Source of the DNA: Alphaproteobacteria bacterium
GTDB taxonomy: Bacteria; Pseudomonadota; Alphaproteobacteria; UBA828
DNA length: 64,000 nucleotides
Reading direction: 5' to 3'
Assembly: GCA_965214705.1 (NCBI GenBank)
Contig: CBDCCI010000001.1
Location: 350,887-414,886, forward strand
Under the pieces are notes generated by a model. The model was not told the origin of the DNA and ran no database searches. It worked only from the letters and a program-made list of their open reading frames with translations. The position numbers were made by a program, and so were the translations under genes. This document shows, piece after piece, positions 60,380 through 64,000 of this stretch (within the stretch, counting starts at the first letter, position 1; each line of letters starts with the position of its first letter).

Positions 60380-60381
60380 AC

Positions 60382-60704
60382 CTAGCCTCCTGCGGCCGAG
60401 ATGTCGGGATAGAGCGCCGCCTTGAAGGGCTGCATGCCGACGCGTCGGTAGGTCGCGAGAAAGACTTCGTCTTCATCCGACCGCAGCTCGAGGTAAGCGT
60501 CGATCAGGCGCTCCACGGCAGGGACGACGTCATCTGCGGCAAAGCCAGGGCCTGTGCGTTGGCCGAGTGCGGCGGTCTCCGTTCCGTCGCCTCCAAGGGT
60601 GATCTGGTAGTTCTCGGCACCGGCACGATCGAGGCCGAGAACGCCGATGTGGCCGACATGGTGATGTCCGCACGCATTGATGCAGCCGGAAATCTTGATC
60701 TTGA
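60382..60704 (-). pseudogene. C-terminal fragment of a sulfite/nitrite reductase hemoprotein (CysI-like)
   Basis: (V)KIKISGCINACGHHHVGHIGVLGLDRAGAENYQITLGG... carries the 4Fe-4S/siroheme cysteine region. It is truncated at 60704 by IS1634 copy 2, and its stop lies 3 nt before the DUF934 start. Confidence 0.8.
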
Positions 60705-62800
60705 CCCATCTTTGCCATTTTGGCGCGCGCCTGCGACCTAAGTAGTTGCGATGATGGGCTGATTTTCTGGCCCATCTGGGATTATGGCACTACGTTTGTG
60801 CGCTCATCGCGACACTCCCGGGAGCACCGCCCGGCGCCTGTGGGGATCCACCGTGAGGCCCGCCGCCTGCGCGATGACGCGCGCCTCGGCGTCGGGTTGA
60901 GCATCCTGGCGGATGACGATGCGGTTTCCGTCCACCTCCCGGATGGTGGAGGTGAGACGCACCCAGCCCGCGAGCTTGTCGCGGATCGTACTCCAGCGGT
61001 CATGCAAGCCGTGCGCCGCCAGACGGGTTCGCAGCAGATGAACCGCGTGGTAGGCGAGGACGGCGATGAACAGGTGGGCGGCGATGCGCGAGGTCTTGGA
61101 GTGCCAGACCGGGCGCAGGCCGATTTCGGATTTCAGGCTGCGGAAGGTGGCCTCGAGCTCTGTGAGCTTCCAGTAGGTTCGGACCACGGTTTCAAGATCC
61201 CACTCGACGTGGCTGGTGCGCAGCACATAGATGCCCGCTTGGCGGTCGCGCTCGGCATGGAGAGCGTTGCGCCTCCAGCGGACCGCACTGGCCCGCCCCT
61301 TCTCTCCGGGCTCGACCTCGATGTCGTACTGACGGTGGACGCGCCTGTACCTTTCCTTCAGCCGGCCCAGCTTCTCCATCACCTTGGTGAACTGCTTGAT
61401 GTGGTTCTTCTTCGACAGCCCGCCATGCAGGGCGCGCAGGGCGTCCTCGAAGTTGTGACGCTGACGGGCGAGCACGGCCTCGTCCTTCTGCTGGCGCTCA
61501 TGGCTCCAGACGCACAGGTGCGCTTCGTCGTCCCCTGCCGCGAGACGCCAGGCGCGGGCATCGTGGCCGGCCCGGGTTTCGAAGGCGGCATCGGCTTCGC
61601 GCCCGGGCGGCGCCGAGACGCCGCGGCGAACGGTGATCCAGTGATAGCCGCCCGCCCGCAGCCAGGCGAGGTTGGCCTCGGTGGAGATGCCGGCGTCCAT
61701 GATGACCGTGGGCCTGGGGGCGTTGCTGCCGCGCGCTTGGCATTCCAGCCGCCCGATGGCGTCGGCGAGAGTGGCCGGCTCGGAGATGTTGCCGGGCAGG
61801 ATCTCGCTGTGCTGCGGAAAGCCGGCCTGGTTCAGCGACAGGGCCAGGGTCACGATCGGACAATCGTCACGCCTCTGCTTCGAGCGCCCGAAGCGGGCCA
61901 GCGCGGAGCTGGGCCGTCCGGTCATATGGGTGTTGGTCAGGTCGAAGAAGACGATGGTGTCGGGGATGCCGAAGAGATCGCGCTCCCGGGCGCACAGCGC
62001 CTCTTCAAGCGCCGCGCGGTGACGCCACAAGAGGTCGCCGATGCGGTAGAGCTTGCTGAGCGTGAGCGACTTGCCGCTGTCGACATCGAGCAACTCCAGG
62101 GTCGCGCTGTTCGCGCTCAGCCAGCGGAAGGCCTCGCGCTCGCTGGAGGGATGGATCATGCGCGCGACCACCAGTGCCGCCGCGATGCGTGCGTCGCGCT
62201 CACTTGCGCCCAGCCTCTCCAGCGTCTCGATGAAGCGAAGGTCGTCAAGCGCGGCGAGAGCCAGGCGCTCGCAGCCCACCGAGCGGACCTGTTCGTGGGA
62301 GAGGCTATCGAGACGGACCGTGGCCAGGTCGCTCTCGTCCCCGGGCCGCGACGCGCCGAGATCGCGGGCGTGAAGCCGCCGTACGACGTCCTCGGCGACG
62401 GGGCGCAAGGCGGCATCCGGCTCCAGCAGCGGCTCGCTGCCGGCGAGAAGGGTTTCGATCAGAAGCGCCAATTCGCGCCATTGCTCCTCGGGCACACCGA
62501 AGTCGGCGCCGAGATTGAGGAGCGTGACCTGGCGCACCCTTCCGCCGATGCGTTCGCTGCGCACGAGGCGGTAGGTGGCATAGCGCTCGCCACCGTCTCC
62601 GCGACCGGTGAGGGTTTTGCGAATGAACATGGCGGCAGGGTCACGGACAGTTTGCGGACTGTCAAGGAGCGCCGGCCCACAGACCAAAGATTATGGCACT
62701 ACAATGGACTTCCCAAAACACAATCCAACAAAATCAGTGCCTTAGATCCCAAAGGCTACCCAAAATCAGGCCTTCGGGACCGAAAAGTGGCAAAGATGGG
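60705..62800 (-). mobile_element. IS1634-family insertion sequence, copy 2 (2,096 bp, inverted relative to copy 1)
   Basis: Same ends and length as copy 1. The transposase translation is identical, and one synonymous difference was noticed. TTGA is present on both sides (60701-60704 and 62801-62804). Confidence 0.9.
60804..62630 (-). CDS. IS1634-family transposase (copy 2)
   Basis: The ORF-track translation is identical to that of 54628-56511. The preferred start is MFIRK at 62630. Confidence 0.9.
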   Translation of the reverse strand: MFIRKTLTGRGDGGERYATYRLVRSERIGGRVRQVTLLNLGADFGVPEEQWRELALLIETLLAGSEPLLEPDAALRPVAEDVVRRLHARDLGASRPGDESDLATVRLDSLSHEQVRSVGCERLALAALDDLRFIETLERLGASERDARIAAALVVARMIHPSSEREAFRWLSANSATLELLDVDSGKSLTLSKLYRIGDLLWRHRAALEEALCARERDLFGIPDTIVFFDLTNTHMTGRPSSALARFGRSKQRRDDCPIVTLALSLNQAGFPQHSEILPGNISEPATLADAIGRLECQARGSNAPRPTVIMDAGISTEANLAWLRAGGYHWITVRRGVSAPPGREADAAFETRAGHDARAWRLAAGDDEAHLCVWSHERQQKDEAVLARQRHNFEDALRALHGGLSKKNHIKQFTKVMEKLGRLKERYRRVHRQYDIEVEPGEKGRASAVRWRRNALHAERDRQAGIYVLRTSHVEWDLETVVRTYWKLTELEATFRSLKSEIGLRPVWHSKTSRIAAHLFIAVLAYHAVHLLRTRLAAHGLHDRWSTIRDKLAGWVRLTSTIREVDGNRIVIRQDAQPDAEARVIAQAAGLTVDPHRRRAVLPGVSR

Positions 62801-62805
62801 TTGAC

Positions 62806-63561
62806 CTGGCCAGGTACTACGACGCCTCGCCGGACGAGCTCGACGCCGAGCAGGTGCGCCAGTGGTACCTGGGGCGGATCGACAAGGGGCTCAGTCCGGG
62901 CACGACCAACGTCTCCTTCGCCGCGCTGAACTTCCTCTACATCGACACACTCGGCTGGCCTGACCATGTCGCCGGCCTGCGCTCCCGCAAGAAGCCCGGC
63001 AAGCTGCCGCGCTACATGTCGGAGCAGGAGGTCGAGCACCTCATCCTTGCGACACCCGACCTCCGCCACCGTGCTGCCATTGTCACCGGCTATGGCGGCG
63101 GGCTCCGCATCTCCGAGACCTTGGCCATCAAGGTCGGCGACATCCTGTCGGAGAAGAAGCTGCTGCACATCCCCTCCGGCAAAGGCGGCACCGAGAGAAT
63201 GGCACCGTTGCCGGACATCGTCATCCACTACTTGCGCGTCTACTACAGGAACATCTGGCCGCGTCCGACGAACTGGCTCTTCTACGGCGTCTCGCTCGAC
63301 AGGCCCATCGCAACGGAGACCTTGCAGGCCGCCTTCAGGAGGGCGCGCGACATTGCCGAGCTCGACCGCAGCTACACCTTCCATTGCCTGCGCCATTCGG
63401 CGGCGACCCATCTCCTCGAGCGCGGCGGCGATATCGAGGTGATCCGGGACATGCTCGGCCATCGAAGCGCGAACACGACCCGTCACTACGCCCGCGTCAC
63501 CGGCAAGATGTTCGAGGGCCTCGACCACCCGATCTCAGGCTTCGCAGCGTTGCGCAACTGA
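62806..63561 (+). pseudogene. 5'-truncated tyrosine recombinase gene of IS91-type copy 2
   Basis: LARYYDASPDELDAEQVRQWYLG... through ...GFAALRN. It differs from copy 1 at three residues noticed (S->I, A->V, S->N in PDSVIHYLRAYYRNIWPRPTSW). Confidence 0.85.
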
Positions 63562-63567
63562 CGGCGC

Positions 63568-63757
63568 GTGGAGGCCGAACGCGCGGGCGTGGCGGAGATC
63601 TTCCGCCGCGCCGGCGCCGCTTTCCGTGAGCGCCACAAAGGGCGCATCGACGCCGCCCGGCTCAAGGTCATGGGCGCCATCGAGGCGTGCCGCACCGCCG
63701 TGCTCGGCGGCCACATGTACGCCTGCGAGGGCTGCGGGCGCGAGCATCCGCTCTTCA
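63568..63757 (+). pseudogene. IS91-family transposase gene fragment (first about 63 codons)
   Basis: Identical reading to copy 1 up to ...CEGCGREHPLF, then diverges at 63758. Confidence 0.85.
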
Positions 63758-63805
63758 GATACCATGAGCACGGTGGCACCGAATCGATTCTGGCGGTTAG
63801 ACAAG

Positions 63806-63837
63806 CTCGGAGAGAAGGCCAGCACCTTCTCTCCGAG
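63806..63837 (+). repeat. perfect 13-bp stem / 6-nt loop hairpin in the IS110-type leader
   Basis: CTCGGAGAGAAGG-CCAGCA-CCTTCTCTCCGAG. Confidence 0.9.
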
Positions 63838-63864
63838 CGGAATCGTCAACAACGGAGTGGACGG

Positions 63865-64000
63865 ATGTCGGATGGTCCAGACACGACCGCGCTGACAGGC
63901 GCAAGTAGTAGCACGATTTATGTCGCGGTGGAGATCAGCCTCAAATCGTGGATCGTTGGCGTGCATTGCCCGGATGCCTCGGGTGGCAGCATCAGCATCC
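63865..64000 (+). CDS. IS110-family transposase, N-terminal 45 codons (partial)
   Basis: ATG at 63865 after GGAGTGGACGG. MSDGPDTTALTGASSSTIYVAVEISLKSWIVGVHCPD... resembles the first beta-strand and Asp/Glu region of IS110-family recombinases. The frame is open to the window end. Confidence 0.6.
   Translation, partial: MSDGPDTTALTGASSSTIYVAVEISLKSWIVGVHCPDASGGSISI

Larger units (their letters stand above)
62801..63757 (+). mobile_element. second copy of the IS91-type element, truncated at both sides
   Basis: 62804-63757 aligns with 20777-21730 of copy 1 with only a few substitutions. The first about 350 bp are missing on the left. It is interrupted at 63757 by an IS110-family element. Confidence 0.85.
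63758..64000 (+). mobile_element. left end of a second IS110-family element (continues beyond the window)
   Basis: Homology to IS91 copy 1 stops at 63757. A 107-nt leader containing a perfect 13-bp hairpin is followed by an IS110-like recombinase N-terminus. Confidence 0.65.

Noticed and set aside
54515-62800. Interpretation of the inverted IS1634 pair as an active composite transposon, or as the product of an inversion.
   Set aside because: Each copy carries matching 4-bp repeats on its own two sides (ACCA and TTGA), which indicates separate simple insertions. Copy 1 has also lost its outer terminus to the IS5-like insertion.

Overview
High-GC DNA (about 65-70% by eye), probably alphaproteobacterial judging from protein families and mobile-element types. 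Nothing here was searched against a database. Family names come from motifs read in the translations and from memory of those families.

Positions 1-43.9 kb look like ordinary chromosomal or replicon content:
- A possible osmolyte or amine catabolic cluster: two DMT transporters, an ectoine-hydroxylase-like dioxygenase, an OYE/FAD flavoprotein, a hydrolase and a 2Fe-2S reductase.
- A lower-GC lipoprotein islet, then tdh, a DUF882 peptidase and gabD.
- Two CoA-transferase clusters.
- A glycosyltransferase, an RraA-like protein and a B12/radical-SAM protein.
- A glycine-betaine ABC operon whose binding-protein gene is split by a 2.66-kb IS91-family element that also carries a tyrosine recombinase.
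- A fused hydantoinase A/B gene preceded by a small Cys4 protein.
- A lower-GC capsule-like gene pair.
- upp, yhhQ-like, rpmB, and a five-gene LIV-type ABC transporter.

Positions 43.9-64 kb are a mosaic of nested mobile elements:
- A P4-type integrase gene is split by an IS21-family element (5-bp CGGAC direct repeats).
- A group II intron abuts one IS21 terminus. A second group II intron is inserted in that intron's reverse-transcriptase ORF, in a twintron-like arrangement.
- Further right are an IS110-family element, two near-identical inverted 2,096-bp IS1634-family copies, and an IS4/IS5-type element inserted in an IS1634 terminus.
- Fragments of OYE, integrase, methyltransferase and sulfite-reductase genes lie among them.
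- At the right edge a second, truncated IS91-type copy is hit by another IS110-family element.

No rRNA gene, tRNA gene or CRISPR array was seen. Long antisense mirror ORFs typical of high-GC DNA were discarded.
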